This document shows, piece after piece, positions 53,079 through 62,690 of a DNA stretch of 64,000 nucleotides. Every line of letters starts with the position of its first letter. Position 1 is the stretch's first letter. The stretch is taken from contig CAWHXD010000017.1 of the NCBI GenBank assembly GCA_963833225.1, positions 64,001-128,000 of the forward strand, in the 5' to 3' direction. A program made the position numbers and the translations under genes. Source of the DNA: an uncultured Chloroflexia bacterium. Its GTDB lineage: Bacteria > Chloroflexota > Limnocylindria > Limnocylindrales > CSP1-4. The notes under the pieces were generated by a model. The model was not told where the DNA came from. It worked only from the letters and a program-made list of their open reading frames with translations, and ran no database searches.

Positions 53079-53098
53079 AAATCGAGACCGGAGACGGC

Positions 53099-55459
53099 AT
53101 GCGCACCTACGCTCCCGCCAGCACCCGGACCGTGCTGGACCAGCTGCTCGACGAACCGTCCCTCGCCCGTGGCGTCGTCCACCACGAGGTCCGCGAGGCG
53201 CGCTCCGCGGAGCACGGGGACTGGCCGGACTGGCTGGACCCGCGGATCCGGGCCGGCCTTGCGAAGCGCGGGATCGAGCGGCCGTACACGCACCAGGCGG
53301 ATGCCATCGATGCCGTCCACGCGGGCGAGGACGTCGTGGTGGTGACGCCCACGGCCTCGGGCAAGTCCCTGTGCTACACGGTGCCGGTGCTCCAGGCGCT
53401 GGCCGAGGATCCGTCCGCCCGGGCGCTGTTCCTGTTCCCCACCAAGGCGCTCGGCCAGGACCAGGTCGCCGAGTTCGGGGAGCTCGTCGGGGATGCCGGC
53501 CTCGCGGTCGCGGCCGCCTGCTACGACGGAGACACGCCGGCGCCCATCCGCTCGGCGATCCGCAAGGCCGGACAGGTCGTGGTGACCAACCCGGACATGC
53601 TCCACTCGGCGATCCTCCCCCACCACACCAAGTGGTTCCAGCTGTTCGAGCAGCTGCGCGTCATCGTCGTCGACGAGCTCCACACGTACCGCGGCGTGTT
53701 CGGGTCGCACGTGGCGAATGTCCTGCGACGGCTGCTCCGTCTGTGCGCGCACTACGGGTCCCACCCCGTGATCGTCTGCTGCTCGGCGACGATCGGGAAC
53801 CCGGCCGAGCTCGCCGAGACCCTCACCGGTCGCCCGGTCAGGCTGATCGACCGCAACGGGGCGCCCGCGGGTGAGAAGCACCTCCTGCTGGTGGACCCGC
53901 CCGTGATGGACGCGGCGACGGGAGCGCGGGGCTCCGCGCTCACGCTGGCCCAGCGGTGGGCGCTGCCGTTCCTGCGCGCCGGTCGCCAGACCGTCTTGTT
54001 CGGGAAGAGCCGGGTGGCGGTGGAGATCATGCTCTCCAACCTGCGCGAGACGCTGCGCCAGGATCTCGGGCCGCGCAGCCGGATCCGGGGATACCGGGGC
54101 GGCTACCTGCCAACCGAGCGGCGCTCGATCGAGCGCGGGCTCCGCGACGGCGAGGTGCTGGGCGTCGTGTCGACCAACGCCCTGGAGCTCGGCGTGGACA
54201 TCGGCCGGCTGGACGTTGCCGTCCTGGCCGGGTACCCGGGCTCCATCGCCGCAACGTGGCAGCAGATGGGCCGTGCCGGCCGGCGGGGCGATGTCTCGGT
54301 CGCGGTGCTGGTGGCATCCCCCGCCCCCGTGGACCAGTACGTGATCCACCACCCGGAGTTCGTCCTCGGCGGCCGGCCGGAGGAGGCGCGACTGGACCCG
54401 GACAACCTCCACGTGCTCCTCGCCCACATCCGGTGCGCGGCGTTCGAGCTGCCGTTCGAGCCCGGCGAATGGTTCGGGCCCGGCCCCGCCGATGACCTGC
54501 TCGCCTTCCTCGGTGAAGGGGGCACGGTGCGCCAGGCGGACGATGGGCGCTGGTACTGGAGCTCCGAGAACTTCCCGGCCTCCGAGGTCTCCCTGCGTGC
54601 CGCCGCCCCGGAGAACGTCGTCATCATCGACACCACGCCGGACCGGCCCCGCGTGCTGGGTGAGGTGGACCTGTTCAGCGCCCAGGTCCTCGTCCACCAG
54701 CACGCGATCTACATGCACGAGTCGGTGCAGTACCACGTGGACCGGCTGGAGTGGGGCGAACGCAAGGCCTACGTCCACCGGATCGATGCGGACCACTACA
54801 CGTATGCGAACCGCGCCGTGACGCTCAAGCCGCTTGACGTGTTCGCCCAGGGGCCGGCGACCGGCGGGTCCCGCGTTCACGGCGAGGTGATGGTCGCGAG
54901 CCTGGTCACCCTGTACAAGAAGCTCAAGTTCATCACCGACGAGAACGTTGGCTGGGGACCCATCGACCTGCCGGAGATCGAGCTCCAGACCACCGCCTAC
55001 TGGCTGACCGCCGAGGCGGCTGCCGCCGGCTGGCGGCGGGACGAGCTGGACGTGGCGCTGATCGGCGCCGGGCGGGCGATCCAGGCGGTGGCCGCCGTGC
55101 TGCTCATGGTGGACCCCCGTGACCTGGGTCTCGTCGCCCAGGTCCGGTCCCCACACCACGAGGCGCCCACCATCTACCTGTACGAGGCGATGCCCGGTGG
55201 CGTCGGGCTGTCCGAGCGGCTGTTCGCGCGCCATGCCGAGCTCGTCGAGGGCGCCGCGGACCTCATCCGCGCCTGCCCGTGCGAGGCGGGGTGCCCGGCA
55301 TGCACCGGGCCGCGCCTTGAGCCAGAGGTGGATGGCAAGGCGCTTGCGCTCCGCCTGCTGGCCGAGCTCGGGTCGGAAGCGCCGACGGAATCGGCGGCCG
55401 GCGCACGTCGATCCGCCTCCGGGCACCATCCCGGTGCGCCCGCGGCTGCAGTCGCGTGA
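53099..55459 (+). CDS. mrfA: DEAH-box helicase with DUF1998 (MrfA/YprA/SftH, Hrq1-like)
   Basis: PYTHQ, TPTASGKS, FPTKAL, TNPDMLH, DELH, SAT, YRGGY, TNALELGVDIG, QQMGRAGR and C-terminal CPCEAGCPAC. Confidence 0.92.
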   Translation: MRTYAPASTRTVLDQLLDEPSLARGVVHHEVREARSAEHGDWPDWLDPRIRAGLAKRGIERPYTHQADAIDAVHAGEDVVVVTPTASGKSLCYTVPVLQALAEDPSARALFLFPTKALGQDQVAEFGELVGDAGLAVAAACYDGDTPAPIRSAIRKAGQVVVTNPDMLHSAILPHHTKWFQLFEQLRVIVVDELHTYRGVFGSHVANVLRRLLRLCAHYGSHPVIVCCSATIGNPAELAETLTGRPVRLIDRNGAPAGEKHLLLVDPPVMDAATGARGSALTLAQRWALPFLRAGRQTVLFGKSRVAVEIMLSNLRETLRQDLGPRSRIRGYRGGYLPTERRSIERGLRDGEVLGVVSTNALELGVDIGRLDVAVLAGYPGSIAATWQQMGRAGRRGDVSVAVLVASPAPVDQYVIHHPEFVLGGRPEEARLDPDNLHVLLAHIRCAAFELPFEPGEWFGPGPADDLLAFLGEGGTVRQADDGRWYWSSENFPASEVSLRAAAPENVVIIDTTPDRPRVLGEVDLFSAQVLVHQHAIYMHESVQYHVDRLEWGERKAYVHRIDADHYTYANRAVTLKPLDVFAQGPATGGSRVHGEVMVASLVTLYKKLKFITDENVGWGPIDLPEIELQTTAYWLTAEAAAAGWRRDELDVALIGAGRAIQAVAAVLLMVDPRDLGLVAQVRSPHHEAPTIYLYEAMPGGVGLSERLFARHAELVEGAADLIRACPCEAGCPACTGPRLEPEVDGKALALRLLAELGSEAPTESAAGARRSASGHHPGAPAAAVA

Positions 55460-56953
55460 CCGCGGACACGGCGGGCCCGGTCACGCGAGAGCGTCGCCTC
55501 GCGAACCTGCGGGCGACGCTGGCCCGGTCGGGCGGCGCGCCGATCGGACCGGACCAGGAGCCCGCCCGGGCACCGTTCGCGGGCCGCCGGAGCCCGGTCC
55601 TCGCGGCCCGGCTCGCCGCGGTGCTCGGAGCGGACGTGGTGGTGGACGCCGGCGCGTTCCTCGTCCGACGCGACGTGCCGCCCGTGGAGATCCCCGTCGA
55701 CCGCGAACGGCTCGCCCGTCTCCCCGGCCATCCCCCCGTCGACGCACCCCTGGTCTGCATCGACACCGAGACGACCGGCCTCGCGACCGCCGCGGGAACG
55801 CTGGCGTTCCTCGTCGGGCTTGCCCGCTGGGAGGGATCGGCCTTCCACCAGACCCAGCTCCTGCTCCCCGACCACGCCGACGAGCCGGCGATGCTCGCCG
55901 AGATCGCGCGCTGGGTCACGCCCGATTCCTGGCTGGTGAGCTACAACGGCCGCGGGTTTGACTGGCCGCTCATCGAGGCCCGGTACCGTCTTGCCGGACG
56001 CGCGGCACCGGCCCATGCCGGACACCTGGACCTGCTGCCCTTCGTCCGGCGCGTGTTCCGCCACCGGATGGAGAACGCGAGGCTCCGGAGCGTCGAGACG
56101 GAGCTGCTGGGGGTCTCGCGCGTCGGTGACGTCGAGGGCTGGGAGATCCCGTCCATCTACCTGGACGTGCTGAGGGGCGGTCCGATCGGCCCCCTGGCCG
56201 GGGTCGTGGTCCACAACGAGAAGGACGTCCGCTCGCTCGGGCTGCTGCTCGCCCACGTCGAGCATCGGTACGTGGACCGGGCGACCCGTCACGAGGCCCC
56301 CCGCGGGGATCTTGCGGGCCTGGCCCGGGCCTACGCGCAGGGACCGCCGGCACGAGGAGGCGCTCGAGTGCCTGGACGACGCGCTCGCCGCGGAGCCGCC
56401 GGTGCGGGACCCGTTCGGGCGCAGCGCCGTCGAGCCGGTGCTCGCGCGCGAGGCGGCAGCCGAGGAGCGCGAGCCGTGGTGGACGCCGCGGGTCCGGCCA
56501 ACCTTCGGAGGGCGCGCACCGGCGGCCGGCTGGCGTGGCGAGCTCGCCAACGGCCGTGGCGGACCGCTGGGGCCGTCACCCTCGTCGGGCGCCTGGGACG
56601 TGAGCACCGGCCGCTGGACGGACGAGCGGCTGGCCGCCGAGCGAGCCAGGACGCTGCGGCGGCTGGGGCGCTGGTCGGAGGCCGTCGAGGCATGGCAGAC
56701 CGCAGCCGCAGCGGGAGGCGGTCTCGGGGCCATCGCCTGGATCGAGGTGGCGAAGCTCCGGGAACACCGGCTCGCGGACCCGGGAGGCGCGCTCGCCGCG
56801 ACGCGGGCGGCGTGGCGATTGCTGGAACGCCTCCGGGTCACCGGGCGGGCGCACCCGCGCCTCGAGGCGGACCTCCAGCGGCGTGGAGCCAGGCTGGCGA
56901 CACGGATCCGGCGGCAGACCGGCGGGGACGCCGCGGTGTCCGCGCCGCCGTAG
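55456..56953 (+). CDS. mrfB: RNase H-like DEDD exonuclease with helical-repeat C-terminus (MrfB/YprB-like), +1 frameshift near 56338
   Basis: IDTETTGL, SYNGRGFDWP, HLDLL and HNEKD. The C-terminus IEVAKLREHRLAD..AL lies in ORF 56312..56953. GTG is coupled to the mrfA stop. Confidence 0.85.
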
Positions 56954-56955
56954 GG

Positions 56956-57894
56956 CTACAGCCCCAGGTTCCTGAGGAACTCGCGGTTCGCGCGTTGACC
57001 GGCCACGACGTCCTCGCGGGTGACCTCGGGGCCGAGGAACTGGTCCTGCTCCACGACGACCCATCCCTGGTAGCCGCTCTCGGCGAGCGCGCCAACGACG
57101 GCCGGGATGTCCGCGTCGCCGGCGCCGAGCGGGCTGAACACGCCGCCGGCCAGCGCGGCCACGACGTCCTGGCCCCGCGCCACCACGTCGTCCAGCACCT
57201 GCATCCGGCAGTCCTTCACGTGGACATGCCGGGTGACCGACGCATAGTCGCGCAGGCACTGGGCCGGGTTGGCGCCGCCAAAGCGGAAGTGCCCGGTGTC
57301 GAGGCAGAGACCCACGATCGACGGGTCCATGGTGTTGACCAGGCGGTCGATCTCGGCCGCTGTCTCGAGGTAGGTCCCGGCGTGGGGATGGATGACCGGC
57401 TCGAACCCCAGGGAGCGCGCCCGTTCGGCGGAGCGGTGCATGTTGGAGATCAACCGGTCCCAGCCGGCGTCGTCGAGCAGCGCATCCGGGCGACGGTCGA
57501 TCCGGCCCGCCGCCTGCAGCCGCAGCGGGATGTCGATGGCCGCGCACAGGACGGCAAACGGCCGCGCACCCGGCGGGAGGCCGCGGCGGAGGTCGGCGAG
57601 CAGGCTCGCCATCCACTCCCGGTCTCCCGGGGCACGAGCGTCGTCGTGGAAGGCCTGGGGCAGGAACGTGCCGATGAACTCGAGGTTGCGTGCCGCCAGG
57701 CGCTGCCCCATCTGCGCGCCATCGCCCAGGAACCCCGGCGGACCGAGCTCGGTGCCCTCGTAGTCCAGCTCGGCCATCCAGTCGAGCATCTCGTCCGGCC
57801 CGGGCATCCAGATGTCATCGACGATGACCTCATCAACCCCGAACGAGCATGGGGCGGAGGCGACCCGGATGCCGCTGAGCCCTGTCCCGGTCAT
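56956..57894 (-). CDS. Sugar phosphate isomerase/epimerase TIM barrel (IolE-like)
   Basis: APCSFGV, ELGP.GFL, HPHAGT, CLDTGH, HVHVKD and GWVVVEQD. Confidence 0.85.
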   Translation of the reverse strand: MTGTGLSGIRVASAPCSFGVDEVIVDDIWMPGPDEMLDWMAELDYEGTELGPPGFLGDGAQMGQRLAARNLEFIGTFLPQAFHDDARAPGDREWMASLLADLRRGLPPGARPFAVLCAAIDIPLRLQAAGRIDRRPDALLDDAGWDRLISNMHRSAERARSLGFEPVIHPHAGTYLETAAEIDRLVNTMDPSIVGLCLDTGHFRFGGANPAQCLRDYASVTRHVHVKDCRMQVLDDVVARGQDVVAALAGGVFSPLGAGDADIPAVVGALAESGYQGWVVVEQDQFLGPEVTREDVVAGQRANREFLRNLGL

Positions 57895-58895
57895 GGCGTG
57901 ATCACCACCTTCGTCGCCCGGCCGGACTTGAGGGCGGCCAGTCCCTCCTCCACGCGCGCGAGCGGCATCACGTCGGACACCAGCGGCGCCAGGTCCAGGG
58001 CCCCGCTCTCGATCAGCCGGATGGCCTGGGGAAACGTGAAGTTCGTGATGTAGCTGCCGATCACGGTCAGCCCCTTCTCGGTGATCTCGACCTGGTGCAC
58101 GGGAGGCCGGGCGTTGATGTTCATCCCGAACAGGATCACGCGGGCGCCCATCGCGGCCGCATCGATCGCCTCCGGCAGGACGCTTCCGACCGCGTCGATG
58201 ACCACGTCGGCTCCCGCAGGGAGGAGCTCCGCGCGCCGGCGCTCCCAGGCGTCTGGCGCCAGGACGTGCGTCGCGCCCATCGCGAGCGCCACCGGGGCGC
58301 GTTCCGGGTTTGGCTCGACCACCACGAGCATCGCGGCCCCCGCGGCGTGCAGGACAGCCGTGAACAGGCAGCCGATCGCACCGGCGCCGAACACCACCGC
58401 GGTCTCGCCCGGGCGAAGCGCCGCCCGGTTCGTGCCGTTGACGACGCAGGCCAGCGGTTCGGCGAGCGCGGCGAGGGTTGCCGGGACGTCGTCCCGGATC
58501 GGGTGGCAGGTCTCGGCGGGCGTCGTCACCAGGCGGGCGAGCGCCCCGTCGCGGTACACCCCGAGGGCGACGATGTTCTCGCAGTTCGCCGGCCGGCCGG
58601 ACCGGCACGGTCCGCACGACCCGCACTTCGGGTCCGGGTCCACGATCACCCGCGTCCCCGCCTCCACGCCGCGCACGCCAGGTCCGAGCGCCGTGACCCG
58701 CCCCACGAACTCGTGCCCGAGGATGACGCCCGGCGTGGCCGGATGGCGCGGTGGGACGTCAAGGACCGCCAGGTCCGACCCGCAGACCCCGCACGCCTCC
58801 ACCTCGACGAGGACCTCGCCCGGCCCTGGCTCCGGCTCAGCCCGGTCCTCGATCACCAGGCGTCCGTCGCCCGCGAACACGGCCGCCTGCATCAT
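57891..58895 (-). CDS. Zinc-dependent medium-chain (polyol/threonine-type) dehydrogenase
   Basis: CGVCGSD, GHEFVG, structural zinc site CGSCGPC...NC, EPLAC and GAGAIG. Confidence 0.9.
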   Translation of the reverse strand: MMQAAVFAGDGRLVIEDRAEPEPGPGEVLVEVEACGVCGSDLAVLDVPPRHPATPGVILGHEFVGRVTALGPGVRGVEAGTRVIVDPDPKCGSCGPCRSGRPANCENIVALGVYRDGALARLVTTPAETCHPIRDDVPATLAALAEPLACVVNGTNRAALRPGETAVVFGAGAIGCLFTAVLHAAGAAMLVVVEPNPERAPVALAMGATHVLAPDAWERRRAELLPAGADVVIDAVGSVLPEAIDAAAMGARVILFGMNINARPPVHQVEITEKGLTVIGSYITNFTFPQAIRLIESGALDLAPLVSDVMPLARVEEGLAALKSGRATKVVITP

Positions 58896-58957
58896 TCCGG
58901 CCTCCTCTGGATCCACGCCGCCCACGTCCCGCGCGAGATCCGACTCCGCACGCCCAG

Positions 58958-59005
58958 CGCAAGCGGTTGCGTTGCGACGCTACCACCGGGTCCGGGGGGT
59001 GTCAA
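58958..59005 (-). promoter_or_regulatory. Sigma70-type promoter with a LacI-type operator at the start site
   Basis: Minus strand TTGACA (59005-59000), 17-bp spacer, TGgTAGCGT (hexamer 58982-58977), then near-palindrome CGCAACCGCTTGCG (58971-58958). Confidence 0.72.
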
Positions 59006-59066
59006 CGAGCCACGACGGCAGCGAAGGAGCGACGCCGCCAGGCGCCCCACTCGCCCTGCGCGCCGG

Positions 59067-59982
59067 TCAGTCCGGGTTGTCGCCGCCGTGCATCCGCCGG
59101 ACCGCGTCCGCGAGGTGCGGCACGCCGTACAGGCCCGGACCCTCCAGGACCAGCGACCCGCAGGCAGCCCCCAGGCGCAGGTCGGGATCCGGCCCATCCC
59201 AGTCGGCAGTGACCCCTGGGCGCACCCAGGCCGCGAACGTCCCGGCGAGGAACGTGTCGCCGGCACCGACCGGATCCACGTAGCTCTCGATCGGGATGCT
59301 GCGCCAGTGGCGTGGCGCCAGCTGGTCGGGCGTGGCGCCGATCTTGAAGGCCGTCCCGCCGTGGATCCCGTCGGTGAACAGCAGCGTCGCGCCGGGCTTC
59401 ATCAGCGCCGCGAGGTGGACGGGTGTCGTCGCCCGGTCGACGTCGTCGCTGCCCACGCCCACCAGGTCCGCGCGGCGGACGACGGCTGACGGGCCGGGGG
59501 CCAGGTGGCGGACCGGGGCGCCGCTCTCGAGCACGCGGAGCAGTCCCTGCCAGCCAAGGGCCACGAGAGCGCCGGACGGCGGGACCGCGGCCCAATCGTC
59601 GCGGACCTCGGCCGCCACGGGCGCGAACATCCACGCCCCCACCGATCGCCATGCCTCGGGAAGCGCGGCAGGATCCACCGGGTCCGAGACCTGCGGCGTC
59701 TGCTGCACGCGGCCGGTGGGCGTCTCGATGTTGATGAACACCGGGCCCGCGCGATCCGGGGATCACGTGGATGTCAACGCCCGCGTCGCGGACCATGTCC
59801 AGCTCGGTGGAGCCGGCGGCGAGCTCGTCCGCGACGACCAGGGCGGCGACCCGGAGCCCGAGCCTCGCCAGGGCGAGGGCGGAGTACGATGCGCCGCCGC
59901 CGAGCCGCCAACCGCGCTCGTCGTCGTCGACGAGGTCCCGACAGGCCGCCCCAACCACCACGACCTCGGGCGCGTCGCTCAT
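59067..59982 (-). CDS. PfkB family carbohydrate kinase, +1 frameshift near 59742
   Basis: N-terminal G....D....LGGGASYSALALARLG and C-terminal VDPVGAGDTF signature. Confidence 0.85.
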
Positions 59983-60093
59983 CCGTCCCTCCAAGGAAGG
60001 CCCGGATGGACCCGCCTATACTGGCCGTCCCCGCGCGCACCTGCGCGCCGAGTGGCCTCGTCTCCGGCCGCTCCCCGACCGAGGTTCCTAATC

Positions 60094-60438
60094 ATGCACT
60101 TCTACGAGCTTCACGAGGGCGACGACGACGTCTTCGCCGATCTCCTCCTCGCCCGGGAGGAGGAGATGGACCCCGAGGAGTTCTTCGACGTCGTGCAGTC
60201 CGTCCGCCGCCGCGTCATCGAGTCGTTCGAGCAGAACACGCTGGTGGAGGCGATCGCCGAGGAGCTGGAGCGCGACTACGGGTTCATCGCGATCACGGAC
60301 GACCGGCTGACCGCGGCCGTGAACGTCTCGCGCGAGGATGACGAGAACTTCCTCGCCGATCTCGACGCGCCCGAGGAGCCGACGGACTACCTGTCGATCC
60401 TGGCGGACCTCCAGGCGGAGGGCGGCCGCCCGAACTGA
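60094..60438 (+). CDS. Small, highly acidic hypothetical protein
   Basis: gagg SD before ATG 60094 and TATACT at 60017. Strong GC3 coding pattern. Begins MHFYELHEGDDDVFADLLL. Confidence 0.78.
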   Translation: MHFYELHEGDDDVFADLLLAREEEMDPEEFFDVVQSVRRRVIESFEQNTLVEAIAEELERDYGFIAITDDRLTAAVNVSREDDENFLADLDAPEEPTDYLSILADLQAEGGRPN

Positions 60439-60465
60439 GCCGGGAGCCCTCCGGGTGCGGATCGC

Positions 60466-61569
60466 CTACCGGCTGAACAGGATCTCGATGACGTCCCCGT
60501 CCTTCACCCGATAGGTCTTGCCCTCGGAACGCACCTTGCCGTGCTTCTTGGCCTCGGCGATGGACCCCAGGGCGAGCAGGTCCTCGTAGGGGATCGTCTC
60601 CGCGCGGATGAATCCCCGGGCAAGGTCCGTGTGGATGGCGCCCGCCGCGTCGACCGCGTTGGATCCGTCGGTGATCGGCCACGCGCGGACCTCGTCGGGA
60701 CCGGCCGTCAGGAAGGAGATCAGCCCGACCAGCCGATACGAGAGGGCGATCACGCGGTCCAGCGCCGACTCGGCCAGGCCCAGCTCCTCCATGAACACCG
60801 CGGCCTCGTCGGGCTCGAGCTCCCCGAGCTCCATCTCGATCTTGGCCGACAGCGCGTCGACCATCGCGTGCCGGTGGTCGTAGCCGGCCTGGATCCGCTC
60901 GATGAGCGACGGCGCCCCGGCAAGCTCCCCCTCGCCCACGTTGAGCAGCACGAGCACCGGCTTCTGGGTCAGGAACCGGTAGCCGCGAAGCGCCTTCTCC
61001 TCGTCATCGTCGAGCGGCTCATCGCGGATCGGGCGACCAGCCTCGAGCGCGGGCTTGAGCCGCTCGAGGATCACCTGCTCGCGCTCGTTGGCCTCGCGCT
61101 CGGCAGGGGTGCCGTGGCGCCCGGAGCCCGCGAGGCGTTCGAGACGGCGATCGACCATCGCAAGGTCCGCGAGGATGAACTCGAGGTCCAGCTGCTCGAG
61201 ATCCCGGGCGGGATCCACCGAGCCCGATGGATGCGGGTGCGCCTCGGACTCCCACGCTCGGACGACGTGGATCAGGGCGTCCGAATCGCGGAGCCGGGCG
61301 AGGTGCTCGGCGGGCAGCTCCTCCGCGCCGACATGTCCCTCGGACGACGCGGGCGGCGCGGGCAGGTCCACGTAGGTGACGTCCGCGTGGACGATCTTCT
61401 TGGGCTTGAACACCGCGGCGAGCTTGTCCAGGCGCTCGTCGGGGACCTTGACGACGCCCACGTTGAGCTGGAGGCCACCGTAGCCACCGGTCTCGGCGTG
61501 GCCACGGGTGAGCGTGTTGAACACGGTGGTCTTGCCGCACCCGGCAAGCCCGACGATGGCGATCTGCAT
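60466..61569 (-). CDS. ychF: Redox-regulated ATPase YchF
   Basis: IVGL..CGKTTVFN.LT, VPDERL, LT.KP...LN and a TGS domain (AAGAIHTDL.RGFIRAE, EGK.Y.V.DGDVI). Confidence 0.94.
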   Translation of the reverse strand: MQIAIVGLAGCGKTTVFNTLTRGHAETGGYGGLQLNVGVVKVPDERLDKLAAVFKPKKIVHADVTYVDLPAPPASSEGHVGAEELPAEHLARLRDSDALIHVVRAWESEAHPHPSGSVDPARDLEQLDLEFILADLAMVDRRLERLAGSGRHGTPAEREANEREQVILERLKPALEAGRPIRDEPLDDDEEKALRGYRFLTQKPVLVLLNVGEGELAGAPSLIERIQAGYDHRHAMVDALSAKIEMELGELEPDEAAVFMEELGLAESALDRVIALSYRLVGLISFLTAGPDEVRAWPITDGSNAVDAAGAIHTDLARGFIRAETIPYEDLLALGSIAEAKKHGKVRSEGKTYRVKDGDVIEILFSR

Positions 61570-61623
61570 GGGTGGATGCTACCGGCCGGTGGCGACGCGG
61601 GCGCGCTCGCTCCCGGACATCGC

Positions 61624-62690
61624 TCAGTACCCGGCGCTGGGATCCACGACGTTGACCAGCGGGCGTCCCTCCGCGAACCGGCGCAGGTTCTCGCAGAACA
61701 GGTCCACGGACCGGTCCAGCACGCGCGTCGAGGACCACGACGTGTGCGGCGTCAGGATCACGTTGGGCAGGTCGTACAACGGCGAGGTCGGCGGCAGCGG
61801 CTCCTCGTGGAAGGTGTCGAGAACCGCGCCCCCGATGCGACCGTCGCGCAGCGCCCGGCCGAGGGCCAGGTCGTCGACCAGCTCGCCGCGGGCGACGTTG
61901 ATGATCCAGGCGCCCGGCCTGAGCTGTGAGATCGCCTCCTCGCCGATCGAGCCCGTGGGTATCCTCCGTGAGCGGCGCCGCGAGGACCACGAAGTCGCTC
62001 TCGGCCAGGAGCTCGGGAAGCTGCTCTGGCGAGAGCACCCGGTCCAGCATGATCGACCCGAGGTACGGCTCGTCGCCCGCGCCCTCGGGCGCCTGCGAGC
62101 CCGACTCCGGGCGGCGCCTGGTGGCGATCGACCCGGCACCCGAACGCGGTCGCGAGCGCGCCCACCGCGCGCCCGATGGAGCCCAGGCCGACGATGCCCA
62201 CGGTCACGTCGCGCAGCTCTCGTGACTCGAGAGGCTGCCACGTCCGCTCGGCCTGCAGCTCCAGCAGCGACGGCAGCCGGCGCGACACGGCCAGGATCAT
62301 CAGCATCACGTACTCGGCGATCGGCCGCGAGAAGACACCACGGGCGTTGGTGATCGTGAGGTCGCGGGCTCGTGATGCCGGCGTGAGGACGCGCTCGACC
62401 CCCGCGGTGGCGGAGTGGACCCAGCGGAGCGACGGGGCGCGGGCGAGGATGCGGTCGAACAGCTCGGCCGGGAAGCGGCCACGGAGCATGACCTCGACAT
62501 CGTCGAGCGGACCATCCGGGTGGCCGTCGAACCCGATCGTCACCAGTCGCGTCCCGGGGGCTGCGGCCTTGATCGCGTCCAGGTCGCGCGTGCGCCAGCG
62601 AGCGGCGAGGATCGGCGTCAGCGCGATCGCCGCCGGCGCGCCGCCGGGACCCGATCCCGGCCCGGGTGTCCGCGAGGCCGCCTCCGTCAC
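61624..62690 (-). CDS. D-2-hydroxyacid dehydrogenase, two +1 frameshifts (~62129, ~61948)
   Basis: LRWVHS..AGV, TNARG, IAEY, GLGSIG, APLT..T.GL, INVARG, DTF.EEPL and TPH, spread across ORFs 61758..62789, 61019..62050 and 61624..62241. Confidence 0.85.

Noticed and set aside
53099-55459. DISARM/Druantia-type defence helicase (DUF1998)
   Set aside because: It is a single-chain helicase-DUF1998 paired with an MrfB-like exonuclease, with no methylase, SNF2 or PLD genes; this fits MrfAB repair.
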